Shown: positions 13,901-28,900 of the stretch, piece after piece | Layout of the letters: each line of letters opens with the position of its first letter | How positions within the stretch are numbered: the first letter of the stretch is position 1 | DNA from: Bispira polyomma | Lineage: Eukaryota | Assembly: GCA_965649765.1 (NCBI GenBank) | Contig: OZ287761.1 | Span: 3,224,001-3,288,000 of the forward strand | Direction: 5' to 3' | DNA length: 64,000 bases | The notes under the pieces: generated by a model | What the model saw: only the letters and a program-made list of their open reading frames with translations | Databases searched by the model: none | What the model was told of the DNA's origin: nothing | Position numbers and translations under genes: made by a program

Positions 13901-16900
13901 GTTTTTGGTTGAATTGGGTAATATTTGCTAAAATTGACATTTTTGTGACTATTATGCATTCCTTACCTAAAATCCAGTTATTTTTTGCCAGTCGTTAATG
14001 ATTCAGCTCAAATTTTAGGGGTGGCGAATTTCAGATAGAGTGGCCAATTTTAGATTCCTTACTCTATCTAAAGAAAATCTTGCTGTCCCAAAGATGTTCA
14101 GATAATAGAGGTTTACTCCTGTATCAGGAACGACAGAAAAACTAAACTAGATTAATTAGGTAACACACTATATGACTTACTCGTCAAACTCCCTAGGTGG
14201 CAGCACATTCACCCAACAGAAACATGTGGCCCTTCCCGCCTTGTTCTCAGCGACGAGGATGAATCTGCCCGCGTCTTGTTTCAGTGTAGATTTAATCTCC
14301 AGGAAGTGTTTATCTTTGTCAATTCCCACACGATGGCGCTCGTTGTATTGTAACTCACGGTACGGTTCTTTTAGCCAGGTGACTGAGTGTAAAAAAGTAG
14401 AGGGAATATGAAAAGATAGATCTGATTAGTTCAATTTATCACCACACGATGGCGTTCATTGTACTGTAACTCACGGTATGTTCTTTTAGCCAGGTGACTA
14501 AGCGTAAAAAATAGGCAGAATATGACAAGGTAGATCTGATTAGTCCACTTGATTACCACACGATAGGGGCTTATTGTATTTTAGCCCAAGGTAGGTTTCT
14601 TTTAACCAGGTCACTGATATATATTTTTGGCCAATTATCAAAGACCAACCTCTTAAGTTAAGACGAAGACCTTCTGTGAATACGGTTCATGATTAGTTCA
14701 CATGGCCGAGGCTTTCTTTTGAGGCCAACCGACATTTGAACAAAGCTTGGCTTATGTAAACAGGGCCAGGTGTAAAAGAGTAATTAAGGCCTTCTGTTTT
14801 GAATTTGAATTTAGTTGGGTTTGGGTTGGGTTTTACTCTGCTTTGAACAGCTTAAGTCGTATCAAGACAGCCAGATTGAATGTCAGAAGAAACCAGTGCT
14901 GAAGCCACTGTGTAAACCACCGACCTTCAGAAATACCTGATAAAACTTCCCTAGATGGAGGAATGAACAGGATTCAAACCCACATTGGTGAGAGGTCAGT
15001 GATTGTGAAGCTAAGGCTTTTAACCACTAGACCACCGTGGCCTTGGGACAATGAGGATCTAGTTAGTAAAACACAACAAATTACCTCTTGGCTTGGGGTC
15101 TCCATCCACTATACACTGTAAGCTGAGAGGATCACCCTCCGGTACTGATAAGGTGGTTGGCATAGCCTTCACAAACCAGGGGGCGGTTCCTTCAATACCT
15201 GTGTACGACATGACAGATTATACAGTTAACATTATATCACCCTCCAGTACTGGTAAGGTTGTTGCCATAGCCTTCACAAACCAGGGGGCTGTTCCTTCAA
15301 TACCTGTGTATGACATGACAGATTATACAGTTAACATTATATCACCCTCCAGTACTGGTAAGGTTGTTGTCATAGCCTTCACAAACCAGGGGGCTGTTCC
15401 TTCAATACCTGTGTACGACATGACAGATTATACAGTAAACATTATATCTCCCTCCGGTACTGGTAAGGTTGTTAGCATAGCCTTCACAAACCAGGGGGCT
15501 GTTCCTTCAATACCTATGTATGACATGATGTCACCCTTTGGTAATTAGTAAAGTTGTAAGGGAAGCTTTTCCTACTGCAAGGAACTGAAGAAAAATAAAA
15601 TAATATTATTGGGGGCTCCTTGCAGACAACCTAGGGGTCGAAATGGTAAATGTCAAATTAATAGGTTTCTTTAGGGGCCAAGCTTTCTATCTACAATAAA
15701 ACAGCGGCCTATACTACCTACAACCCTTCACACCTTGTGTCCCAATTTATACATGGTGACTTGTTAAATCTTGCTTATCTTGCATATGGTAAAAAATACA
15801 CATACAATGTACACAGAAGGTATTCAATGACAGTTTACTGCTTACATTTGTCAACAGTAATAATGCTATTCACATTTGTAGTTCACGTGTACAAAAAAAA
15901 ACAGGTGTGAACAACAGACATAGCTAGGCTCTGCTGAAAATAATAAACAGACTTGCTTCTGTTGGGATTAGAACCTCGGTTCTAACGGATCTTGAGATTA
16001 ATAGCCCAGTACACTAACAGTTGAGCCAAAGGCGAAACCCCCCAAACCCGAGTTTTTAATGCGCTGATATACACTGATATTACACAGGAATACAGAAGCA
16101 GTCTACTTGTCCAAACTCAGTTCATCCAAAAATCTGCATTACCAATAAACCGATCTCCCTAAATTTTTACATCATTTAGGAAACTCCCTGGATGATAAGG
16201 TAGTATTTTACAGGAATGTATTCTATATTCAAAAGCACTGAGTATAGGTTAATTGTAAAATAATGTATTAACTCTTACCTGGTGTGTCAAACTTGACAAT
16301 GACAGGAGACGTGTCAGTAGAAATAGCTTTGACAGGAGGGACGGTTCCTTCACTGGTGCCTGAAATACATACAAAACACCATCAGAGATGACAAACTGTC
16401 ATATTTAATCATACTAGAGTGTTGACAGAAAATTTGGCCCCTATACACAAGAAGAGTATTCCCCAGATAAAGTTGAGACTACAAGTGTACAGGGAACAAA
16501 ATTTACATGACGCACAATGACCTACGTCTCCTATTTTAAGCTGAAGGTCGAAACTCTGTCAAAGGTAAAAATCATGCTGACTCATGATGCTTAACATAAA
16601 AAACTTTAAACAAGATAAGCAGGTTCCTTTAACGAGTGGTTCTTGAGTATGGACCAGACAAGCTGTTTAAGGTTAGATAGAGACCAGAGAAGGTCACATT
16701 TAAGGTCACAATGAGGTTACACTAAGGTCTCACTTGGGTCGCAATTATGTCAACTCGAGGTCACACTGAGGTCACATCAACGTCACCCTGAAAGCCAACT
16801 AAGGTAACACTAATTTCACACTAATATAACATCAAGGTCACACTGAGGTCGCACTATGGTCACAATTAAGTCACAATTAAGTCACACTGAAGTAAAACTA

Positions 16901-19900
16901 CGGTCCCACTAAGATCAAACTACGGTAACAACGAGGTCACCCTGAGGTCACACTAAGGTCAAAATGAGTCACACTAAGGTCACAATGAGGTAAAACTAGG
17001 GTCATACTGATATCTCACTGAGGTCATAAACTGAGATCTTGCCGACACTAGACATCAATAGACACTATTGGCTGTATTTGGAAAACATTATGAACCAGTA
17101 TATCTAACATTTTCTAAAATAACCCCTAAAATAGCAGCCTGCACTCGTGCTTTTTCCCGCCATATTTTCAGCTTTACAGTACAGTATATACAGCAGAACC
17201 TCTATTATCTGAACATGTTGTGGGCAGTCCAAGATTTTGTTTGGATATTAGAAGAGGCATTTGACGTACTAAACCATGGAAAAAACATAACTCAGGGAGA
17301 GTAAAATTAAATATTTAGATGACAGAAGTTTAGATAATAGGGGCTTCACTCTCCATCCCATTTCTACTAACCTTTAACACGTAGTGTCGCCGTACTCTTC
17401 GTCTTGCCCTCACAGTTTTCCGCCACACAGAAGTAGAGGCCCGCGTCGCCAGGTTCCACCTGATTGATGACCAGCTTACAGTGGCCTTGTTCATCAGAGT
17501 ACATCTTGATACGACCTGAGGGCTCCAGACTGATGTTATCTCTCAGCCTGTTACCACGGGAACACACAGACACCATGATAGATACAAGTACATCTTGATA
17601 CGATCTGAGGGCTCTAGACTGATGTTATCTCTCAGCCTGTTACCACGGGAACACACAGACAACATGATAGATACAAGTACATCTTGATACGATCTGAAGG
17701 CTCTAGGCTGATGTTATCTCTCAGCCTGTTACCACGGAAACATAGAGACAACATGATAGATAAAAGTACATCTTGATGCAATCTGAGGGCTCGAGAGTGG
17801 TGTTATCTCTTAGACCATGGGAGATCACAGATGGGTCTGCAGTTTAACTTTCAATGTATCCATCTGTGATCTCCCATGGTCTAGTTATGATGGTACCTTG
17901 AGGCTGTGGTATGAGTAACCGTTCATGTCATCTGGATCCGGCCATTACCAGGATCAACAAAAAGCTTTGAAATTTTCCTGGTTTAACTTACATTATACCC
18001 ATCTGAATACTAACACTTAACTGAATACTGAACACTTAAACCCTAGAGCATGGGAGAGCACACAAAAAAAATTTTGGGAGTTGAACCAGACACCCTCCGA
18101 TCACCAGATCAAACCCTCAACCACTAGATGATGGGAGACAACATACAGCTATAATAAGAGTTGAACCAAGGACCTTTTGAGGACTAGGTTAAACCTTTTA
18201 ACCACTAGACCACCAACAGTTAGCTTCTTACCAGTTACCTACTTCACCTTCTTAGTTCTAGATTATGTGGGGTTCACACTCTGATGGTATGGAAAGACAG
18301 TAACACTTGTTATCAAAATTTCCCCCCGTTTCTGACTATTTCCTAGTATTTGCTTGTCACTACTGTAACTCTTACATGGTAGTAATCATCTGTTTCCATT
18401 TGTGAAATATATCTGGACAATTTTCACTCCCTATCTTTCCCCTACATGGATCAGCCAGTATAACATGCGGAAAGACAAGTTACAATACCTTCTGGTACCA
18501 CCTATCACACCGCCAATGTGTGAACGGGGCATAAATAAACTATTAACCTATTCTAATAGAACAACCATGATACCTTACCATCTAAATGTGGGCATGGGTC
18601 TTGCTGAGACTTGAGCCTCAAAGGTCGCCTTCTGTCCCAGTTGTGCAGAGGTATTGGAAGGTTCTAGAGTGAAACTTGGGGCTCTGGTCCCTTTGGTACT
18701 GTCTTCAGTGTCATCTTGGAACTCTAGAGACAGGTAGAAAAGGTTGATAATAACAGAGGTATTGGAATGTTCTAGTTGTTCTTGTTCCTTCTGTACTGAC
18801 CTCAGTGTCATCTTTGAACTCTAGACCAGGTAGAAAAAGTTTGTATTAACGGAGGTATGAAAAGGACCTACAGTGAACAATCTATGCCATTGTGCATTCA
18901 AATCTTGGCTGTAAGGCATGTATGTGGGAAAGTTGGCAGTAAACTTGCTGAAGGCCGGTGGTTTGCAGAGACCAGAAAACATTGACCAACTACACTGCTT
19001 TGTTGTGATAGTATACAAGATGTGTTTAAAGAGATGTTAAACATATCTAAGCATGGGCCCATATTTAGTCTGTTCTGTATATCTTTATGTATAAGAACGA
19101 TGTCTAAATTCTGCTCACATATTAGAGTTCCTCATTGAAAGCTCTACTCAAATTAATGGTACCCAGGTGGTGCTGTCTTCGGCCTACCATTGGTAATGGT
19201 CACCCAGTAAAGTTAGTACAAAATTAATGGAAATCTGAGATAGCCGAATCCAAGGGTAGGCCGAAGCCAGCGTTACCTGTGTAACATTTCTAGGTTGTCA
19301 TCACTTTGAGAGCCAAACCAAAAAATAAAGGTTATACTATATGTCCCTCACATATATAAAGTACTAGTCAGTTTTCCTAAAACGTCGAAGGTGATTTATT
19401 TTCTACAACAAACTTTAGACATAATTCTACAAAAACCAAGTTATTACATAATTAAGGTTTAATAAAATCCCTTTCACATGTAGAAAGACGTGTCAGTTAA
19501 TTACCTAAGACTTCCAAGGTGGCGCTAGTGGTCGCCTCGCCTTCAGTGTTGATGATTTTTGCTGTGTACACTGCCGAGTCTTCCTTCTTGAGGTTAAGAA
19601 TCTCTAGTGCAAGGAGACCATAGTCATTCTGAAGGTGGAAAAACTTATATACAGTAAAACCTACAATAGTGAATACCTCCATAGTCATTTTGAAAGTAGA
19701 ACAACTTATATACAGTAAAACCCTCCACATAGTCATTCTGAATTTGAATTTAGTTTGTTTTTACATTCGCTTTCAACAGCTTAGGTCAGATCACTAGTGC
19801 TGAATCACTGGAAGGGACTAGGCTTAACTCTAGCACAAAAGTATACTGATTAAAGCCTAAGACTTGGCTAAGTCCCTTAGTGAGTACAGGCCCAGACAAA

Positions 19901-22900
19901 GGTAGATATATATATACACTGAAAACAACCGACCTAAGGCAAAAAATGTGACAAACTTTCTCATATCAAGGGACAGGGTTGCAACCTCTCCCCTCTGCAC
20001 AGGGTGTCTGAAAACAAATTTAATATGGGAAATAAACGTTAAAAAAACAACAGGGAATGAACAGGATTCAAACCCACATTGGTGACAGGCTAATGACAGT
20101 GAAGCAGGCGCTTCTAACCATCAGGTGACAGTGGAGTGAAATGTGTGGAAATAACAAAACCCCGGGGCCTGTATTCACGAAGGGACTTTGCCAAGTCTTA
20201 GGCTTAAATCAGTATACTTTTGTGCTAGATTTAAGTCTAAAAGTCTAGATTTAAGGCTAAGTCCATTAGTGAATACGACCCCAGGTCCTCTCCTTAATAA
20301 TGGAGAAACTAACACAGGTTACACTAAGTTTTACAAGTCTAGACTTGATCCTTGGTCACCTTAAATAATAAAGAAACTAGAGTAGAATTTCTATCATCCA
20401 AACCTTGATTATCTGAAAATATTCGATTTGATGAACTTGCCCAAAATTAACATTTTCCTATTGTTTTATACAGAAATGCCTCTTCTATTTGATGACCCTT
20501 CTATACTACAAAAAAATGCTTGCTTTCCCAGACTATGTTTGGATAATAGAGGATTCCATACTGTATTTATAAGAGTAGACTGGGTATTGCGTGATTTACT
20601 TACTTATATAATTTACTACTACAAGATTTCTATCATATATAATTTTTTCTCAACAGAGATATACAGACACACCCCACCAATACTAAGTTATATAAGCTTC
20701 CTACAACTAGATTCATTCATCATCTTAGTAATATATATGTTTATCTAAATGTCTTTTGATCATCAAGACAGAATATACAGAGGCATAGAACCCACAAAGT
20801 GAGCTGTTTATGCTGTTTTTATTATTGATATAAGGCAGGAAAACAAACCTATCCATCTCCAGAGAGGTCAAGGGACTGGTATTTCTTGAAGGTATACTCA
20901 GCTCAAACTCATACTCAATTTCAAATCTGGATTGTCATTATATCTCAAATCTGACTGCATATTTAAATTCAGTGTTGAAAGCTCTATTCAAACGAATAGT
21001 CACATGTATAGGTTATTTCCATGTATTACAAGGATTTCATATCCACACACATAGAGCTTATATATATTTGAGTTGAGTATGAGTTTAAGCATGAGTCTAT
21101 TTTGAGAATATACCAAAACGCCTGATGTTTTCCTGTGATGAAGTAAATACTATCCCACTGGCTAACCCAATAAACCAGAAGAGTATGAAAATTATCCACC
21201 CAATGTATATATTATATACCTAGAAACTAAACTACCATGATGATTTTCTCAATTATTGCAAGATTATTCCTTACAATGATACGTTTCTGATTTAATGCAA
21301 GATATACTCTAAAATTATAGGTAACAGTGAACATTTATATCTAATCAATTATAATTTAGTAGCTAAAACTATTCATTATAAATTGGAGCTCCCTTCAATG
21401 TGATAAAATAACAATCCAAGGCAGAATGTTGGCAGTTTACAGTAAATATATAGTATTTATCATCAAATGGCGGAGGAGAAGTACATCAAAAGAGTGGGCG
21501 TTAGGATTAGCTGTAGTAACACAGTTCAACTGTGTGTGTAGCTAAAAGTGATATACATATAGGAAGAGACCTATAAATACAGTAGATCCTCTATTATCCA
21601 AACTTCTCTTATTCAAAAATTCAATTTTATGAACTCATTTCCAATCTCCCTCAGATTTAGGTTTTCCAATTGTTTCATACAAAACTTACTTTCCTATTTT
21701 ATTATAACCTTCTATTATCCAAACAAAATCTTGCTCTCCTAACATGTTAATTTGGATAACAGAGTTTGCACTGTTTCATAAAACAGAGTCACATTACACA
21801 CATGCTTCTCTATTCTAATAAATGTAGAATAATGTAGAACAATGTAGAAATATTTATGTAAACTTTCTATTATCTGAACAAAAATCTGGCTTTCCCCCAC
21901 AAGGTAAAAGGTTCTAGATACTATAAGCCTAATTTTAGGAGCAACTAAGAGTACAGTGGAACCTCTATTATCCAATCACATGTAGGGAAAGCAGCAAGAG
22001 TTTGTTTGGACAACGGAAGGTTTTATCAAATAGAAGAATAATTTCTGTATCAAACAATAGGAAAAACCTAAATCTGGCAGAATTGAAATGAGTTCATAAA
22101 ATTAAATATTCAGATATAGATGTTGAGATAATAGAGGTTCTACTGAATCTGCTTTGATAACTTTTATGAGACAGTATTTTAAGCTAAATGCATTGCTTGC
22201 TGACATGTTGTCAAAATAATCTTATTGAAAATTCTTATTACGTATATTATTTCTGTCTCTCAACGTGCTAGTGTGTATTTTATAAATATGGACGCTCAGA
22301 TATACATAACTAAACCTCTATATCTTTACAAACCAAAGTTTAAAAACCCAAAGCTTGCAAGAAGACAAATATAGGGGTGTACAAAATGGGGTGTACACCT
22401 TGACGGTCAATAATAATGTGAGGTTTCAAATGAGATCACATGACCTAGTCATGGTTGGTTTAACAAGAATACACCACTGAACCACAGGTTTAAGGTTGGA
22501 TGATAGTTTTTTGGCTATTGACCGTGGTTTAGTTGACGGCCATCAACTTTAGCATCTGTTAGGACAATATAAGTGTATTTTTATGCAATAAAAATAGGGG
22601 TCGCGGTGGCCCATTGGTAAGAATTACTTGTTCACAATCCATGTCCTCAATCTCACAAATGTGGGTTTTGAATCCTGTTTGTTTCTTTCATATTAGAAAG
22701 TTTGTCAGGTGCTTAATTGCTGTAGGTCGGCGGTTCACAGTGGCTTCAGCACTGGGTTTTCTTCTTTCACCATTAAATCTGGGCTTTGTAATAAACAACT
22801 AAATTCCAATCCAAAGCTTTGTAGAAGATGCTTGGGGACCTTCAAACTGTGTATACAAACAAACAACAGCTTGAACAGCATATTAGTGGGACGGTTTGTA

Positions 22901-25900
22901 CAGAAACGAGACATAATAGATCACGAACACAGCGTGTTACACAGGCCACTAGGAAAGGTCACGAAAAAACACACCAAGCCAGATTGGAAGGTGGAGAAAA
23001 AACAACAATATATTTACAGGCGTAGACGGAGTTCTACTTCTTAGCAATATACAGTAGAACCTCTATTATCTGAACTTCTGCTATCAGAATATTTGACTTT
23101 ATAAAGTTGTTTCCACTGTCTCACAAATTAATGCTTTCCTGTTGTTATATATTACTAAGATGCCTCTTCTATTTTACAAACCTTCTATTATCTGAACAGA
23201 ACCTTGCTCTTGGGACCCACCCATGTTCAGATAATAGAGGTTCCACTGTATACATTTTTTAGAAATGACTGATTATCAGAGCCTGAATGTTTAACATCCT
23301 TTCAATACGTATGTACAGTGTGTTGTTAGAGTGAGTAATGCCATGGTTATTAATCTTACAATTTATCACGAATATATAGGTTGTCAGGTGATTAACTTAT
23401 TTCTAAGTACAGCTGAGGAGAAATACTGACGTCATGAATGTAGAACCTCTATTATCTGAACTTTTATTAGCCAAATAATCAATTTTATGAACACATTTCC
23501 ACTCTCCCAAATTTAAATTTATTGATTTCCTATTGTTTTATACCAAAACGTCTCCTCTATTTTATGAACCTTCTATTATCTGAACAAAATCCTACCCTTC
23601 AACGTGTTTGGATAATGTAGGTTTAAATGTAGTTCCAAACTTGTTTCAAAACATACAGGTTTTTATTCTTAATTTACCAATTAATGTTAAATCACCAATC
23701 CATGTTTAAAGAACTTAATTTCCTACAAACAACGATAGATTAAAAAACAATATTCTATTGTGTTCACAGCAACCAGAATATATTGTATTTTCACATAATG
23801 TTGTACATGCTATTCGCCAAAATACCCAATATATGTTTGGAAGCACTAGGATTCAAACCCCTGTCCTCCTCAAGGTGAGAGGAAAAGTGATTCAATATCG
23901 ACAAGGTTTTAGCCATAAGGCTACCACGGGATAACATGTAAGATTAAATGGAAAACTTCCCCCTTAGTAGATAATTCTTCAGTTCAATATACAAAGTCTT
24001 TTTGATCATTTTGAAGTAAAAGTTAAATGACATTTTGTCTTATTTGCTACGATAAGAAGAAAATACGGGATTAAAAAAACATCTTGTACTTTTTTTCCTT
24101 GAACTTTAGATTATGCAACTTGATTGAAAAGCTGAGTAATAAAACAGGAAAAAGATGCACTATATTTAATGCTGTTTTTTTCATCGAGTAGTATTCTGAC
24201 GTCAAGATTTCAGGTAAATCGTGTTACATTCGCGATGGTAAAGGTCTTATCATTTAAAAGTAACCCATGGCATAGTGGTTTGTAACAAACTGGAAAATTA
24301 GGTAACCGCTGCGTTAGACATTATTTAGTACATGTAGAGCAGTAACTTACTATACATCAAACCTGGCTTCTACGAACCTTAGTTAATACCTCGTGTTTGC
24401 TTTTCAATTCTTCACAGATTTATCAACAAAAGTTCCAATGTATATAAACTATTTACCAATATCATTAATGTTACAAAAATCTATTAGAAACAGTAAGTCT
24501 GAGTGATATTAACTTAATAACTTTTTCTTATTTTTTTTAAATCCTAACTTTTGTGCTGGTATACTTATTTTGCTAAAACAACTCAATCTGTGTGCTTAGA
24601 TAAAAGCATAGTCTTTCCCTGGCTGTATTTATATTTATACATGGAATTGCACTTTGATTTGCAAATGTAATCAGCTACATGGCCGTCAGCAATTCTTATT
24701 GTAATAGTGTATAATAGTGTATACTAATAGTGCTATTGAGTTTTTTATACTGTATACATTTATACATATATTTCAATGTTTAAAGAAACGTGATATGCAA
24801 TTTGAAGATAAAATATTAATGCTTTTGCCAAATCGGTTCAAACACTTCAATGATCGCCATAATGAAACAAAATGTGGAATACTGGTTCTGTTAACAACAC
24901 TACGATCCAAAGATCCCGGGTGCAAGCCTTAACTGAGGCTGCTCTCCTTAAGCGAAAATCTACAACCAGGAGACTACATATTATTGTGGATACAGCCTGG
25001 AAATAATAATAACTCTAAGAATCTCAGCTAAGCCAGCTAGTTCTCTCTCTCTCTGTGCTTTCTACTCCCTGACCTTTTTTCATTAGTTCTGGAGGTTTCC
25101 ACCCACATAAACTGGATCATCTCTCCCAGAATCCGAACACTGTAGCTATGTTCTTCCCCCCCACCCCCATCCCTCCTCTCTAACATCATCTATAAGCCCC
25201 CCCCCCCCACCTCTTACCCCTTTTACCGCTCCACTTACTGATGAAAATGAAGACTGACGTAGACAAAATTGTAGACATCATACATACACTCCTACACTGG
25301 TTTTTTCTCCTGACAAATATTATTCTCTGGCAAGAAGAAGAAACAAGTGGATTTACAACACAGATTTGTAATACAGTAGAACCTCTATTATCTGAAAATA
25401 TTGGAAGAGAGCAATATTTTGTTTGGAAAATAGAAGGTTCATGAACAAAGGCATTTTTGTATGAAATAACAAAATTAAAAATTCCGAAGGAGGAAATGAT
25501 CACAAAAATATTTCTATAATAGACGTTCAGATAATAGAGATTTTGCTGTATTTACCTTTATACAGAAAAATCCCCGAATGTACGACTTAAACCGTAATAT
25601 AGGTTCCCTGGACTGACTCCTATAGATCTTATAAGTGAAAATTAATAAGAAAAGTCTGGAACTAATCTAGCGGCAAAATATATTACGGTTGACAATGGAT
25701 TAGGGACTCAGTATTTTATCTCTCATTACATAGAGTTAAATAGAATCTCTGTTCAGTCGATAACTCCTTAATTCTGAAGAACTTTTAGTCACAATAAGGC
25801 ACTTTTTACCTATTTTTGGGGGGAGTCGACTGCTTGCCGACAGACATAGCCTCAAGGAGTAACACATACCGTCGACTGCTTGCCGACAACCTAGGGGTCA

Positions 25901-28900
25901 AAAGCGTTAACGCCTCTTCTATTTTATGAATCTTCTATTATCCAAACAAAATCTTCCTCTCCCAGTATCATACTGGGAGAGGGAGATACTGACAGTATGT
26001 TCCGATAACAACTGTTTCACTGTACAGTAGAACCTCTATTATCCGACCCTCTAATTATCTGAATAATCAATTTTACAGACTTAATTTCACTCTTTCAAAA
26101 TTAGTTTTTTTGCTAGTGTTTAATGCTAAAATACCACTTCTATTTTACAGAAAATAAAGGTTCTACTGTACTTCTATTTATGCCGAGTGTCCTGTTTAAC
26201 TCAACAACCCCACATTTCTCGATCTAGAGTCTATACCAACTTATCATGTCTGACTCTTTGAGGCAACTGTAAATTACACTCTATAAACAGTACCTACACA
26301 CTCATTTGCCGGGACTAAATGTTTAATAATATGCAACATCTATATAAAGACCACAGGTCGGTCATTAAAGACCACTTTTCCGGATTCCCTTGGGTGGTCT
26401 TGATATATAAGTTTATTGTACCCACAAACATCTTAAACATAAGAATAAAATAGCCTCATAAATATACACCACTCACAAACATCTTGTACTTGTCCCCCTC
26501 GCTGATGGTTCCGTTTCCCTTCATCCAGATGACGCTGGGCATGTTGGGTATGGCGGCCACTGTACAACTGAAGCGAGCGCTCTGGCCCTCTAAAGCCCTC
26601 CTCGACCTCATGGGGTTACTGAACTGGGGCCTGTCGTCTATACGCTTCACCTTGGGGATAGGGGGAAGGTCGGGCAGTGGACCGATGTCCAGACCCGCCG
26701 AGGAGGGGACCTTAGGGCCGCGATCCTTGTACTGGGATCGGTCGTAGATACTCTCGTAAGGAAGACCTGACATAAATAAATAGACAGATTGATTGGGGTT
26801 TAATGTCGAATAATTCACAGAGTGTTAATCAACAAACAAAATGTGACTATTTTAATAAAATACCCGTTAAAATACCCTGGGCTGGTTTTCACACAGAGAC
26901 CTTATTCCTAAATTTTTGCATCCAAAAATGGTTTCACTCTCCCAAATTGATGTTTTAAACTAAAAATCCTCTTCCATTTGATGAACCTTTTATTATCATA
27001 ACAAAATCTTTCTCTCCAAACATGTTTAGATAAAAGAGGTCTCTATTGTTAATCAAGCCTCACTATAGCATACTGACTACCAGCCAGCGGTCACACACCT
27101 CCCTTAGTCATAAATCTCAAGATTTTGGCTGAAAAGGTTAAATATTTTGGTCTGTAGTCCCAGTAAGAAAAGATCTTTGATTAGTGATAATTTTGCTCCT
27201 AACACGCACCAAGACTAAAATCTTTGCACCTTAGAATTTGTTACAACAAAAATAAGTGCTAAAATTTAAACAGTAGGCAGTCTTCAATATTTTAAGACAT
27301 TAATGTTATAACTAAGTTGAGACTAGTGCCATGTGGCTCTACTGACCTCTCTTGAGGTAAATCGACTTGATGTACCCCGGGGGCGTGAGCTGTGGGTGGA
27401 CTCTTTTATTTTATGAACCTTCCCTTACAATAAGAGAATCTTTCTCCCTCAACATGTTCAGATAATAGAGGTTATACTGTATTATGGCTGCACTCGTATA
27501 ATAGAGAGGCCAGCTAGTGTGGCTACACTGACCTCCCTTGAGGTAGATAGCCTTGATGTACCCGGGGGTGAGGTGTGGGTGGACGTGGTTGTACTTGTCC
27601 CTCTTGTCCATGTGCTCCCTGGCGATATTATCCTCAAACCCGTTCTGACCAAGGAGGTAGCTCATATCTCTGAAAGAAAACAAAACATATACATAGCATT
27701 TATTACAAGATGGACATTTTTATTCACCCGTCAGCCAGCAATAGACGGTATAATATGTTATGGTATCGAGAAAAGTATATTTATTCATTTGTGATGTAAT
27801 CCAGTTGTTGTAAAAATGTCATTTGTGATGTCATCAAAGTGTGTCAAAGTATTATCCCTCAGTACAGTGGAATAACTCTCCATCGGTGGCAAAGGGGTTA
27901 AGTGAAGTGTTTGTTGTAAATGAATCAATCAGAAAATAAGTTACCAAAAGGTTTCATTAAAAAAGTCATTCATTACCTCGGATTAAAATATTTAAAGCAT
28001 ATCATCGAAACCTTTGTCTTTTGTGAGGGATAATGTGACCTTAAAAAAGGTCAAAGGAACAACACCAATGACATCACTATACAGTGGAGTCACAGTTACA
28101 CTTAGGTTAGGACTGGTTTCCAGTGAAATTATTTAAATACACTGGACACATAGATACTTTTACAAAGGTGACCACACCATATGATGCTATATATACTATA
28201 TGTGTTATATGTGTTGTTAAACGATCTATATATTGTATAGATCGTTTAACAACACGGTCACGCTAACCGTCCACAAACAAAGTTTTCATAGTACTTTTGG
28301 CCTCATTTATCAAAACTGAATGCAGCACAACTTTTGTTTTCCTTTTCTCGTTATCCACTTCTTGTTATAACTTTTGTTTCAACCTTTCTCATAAATTTCA
28401 AAATCTGCTGAGAAATAAGACAGTTGAGAGAACAATAACCCATAGCTCACCTATAGCCGTATATACATATAAATGTGAATAGGGCACGGTCCAGTTGTGT
28501 TTTGGTATATGCATACATAAATGGTAAAACCTTAATACTACTACAAAACTATTAAACGCTGTGGTAATAGAAGGAAAAGAACTACTTTTAATGTGGCATA
28601 TGAATATATAATGGTAAACCTTAAGGAAGAACTACTTTCAATGTGGCATATGAATACATAATGGTAAACCTTAAAGAAGAACTACTTTCAATGTGGCATA
28701 TGAATACATAAAGGTAAACCTTAAGGAAAAACTACTTTTAATATGGCGTATGGATACATAATGGTCAACCTTAAGGAAGAACTACTTTCAATATGGCCAG
28801 ACAGGTGACATGTCCAGTGAACAACAGGAGCTGAGCCTATACTTTTGGTTTACCTTTTCTCATGATCTTTCTCCACTTCCTGTCGTATTTTGGCCTCCAG

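Noticed and set aside
15093-15548. 151-aa repetitive plus-strand ORF
   Set aside because: By-product of the 105-bp tandem repeat, antisense to exon 8.
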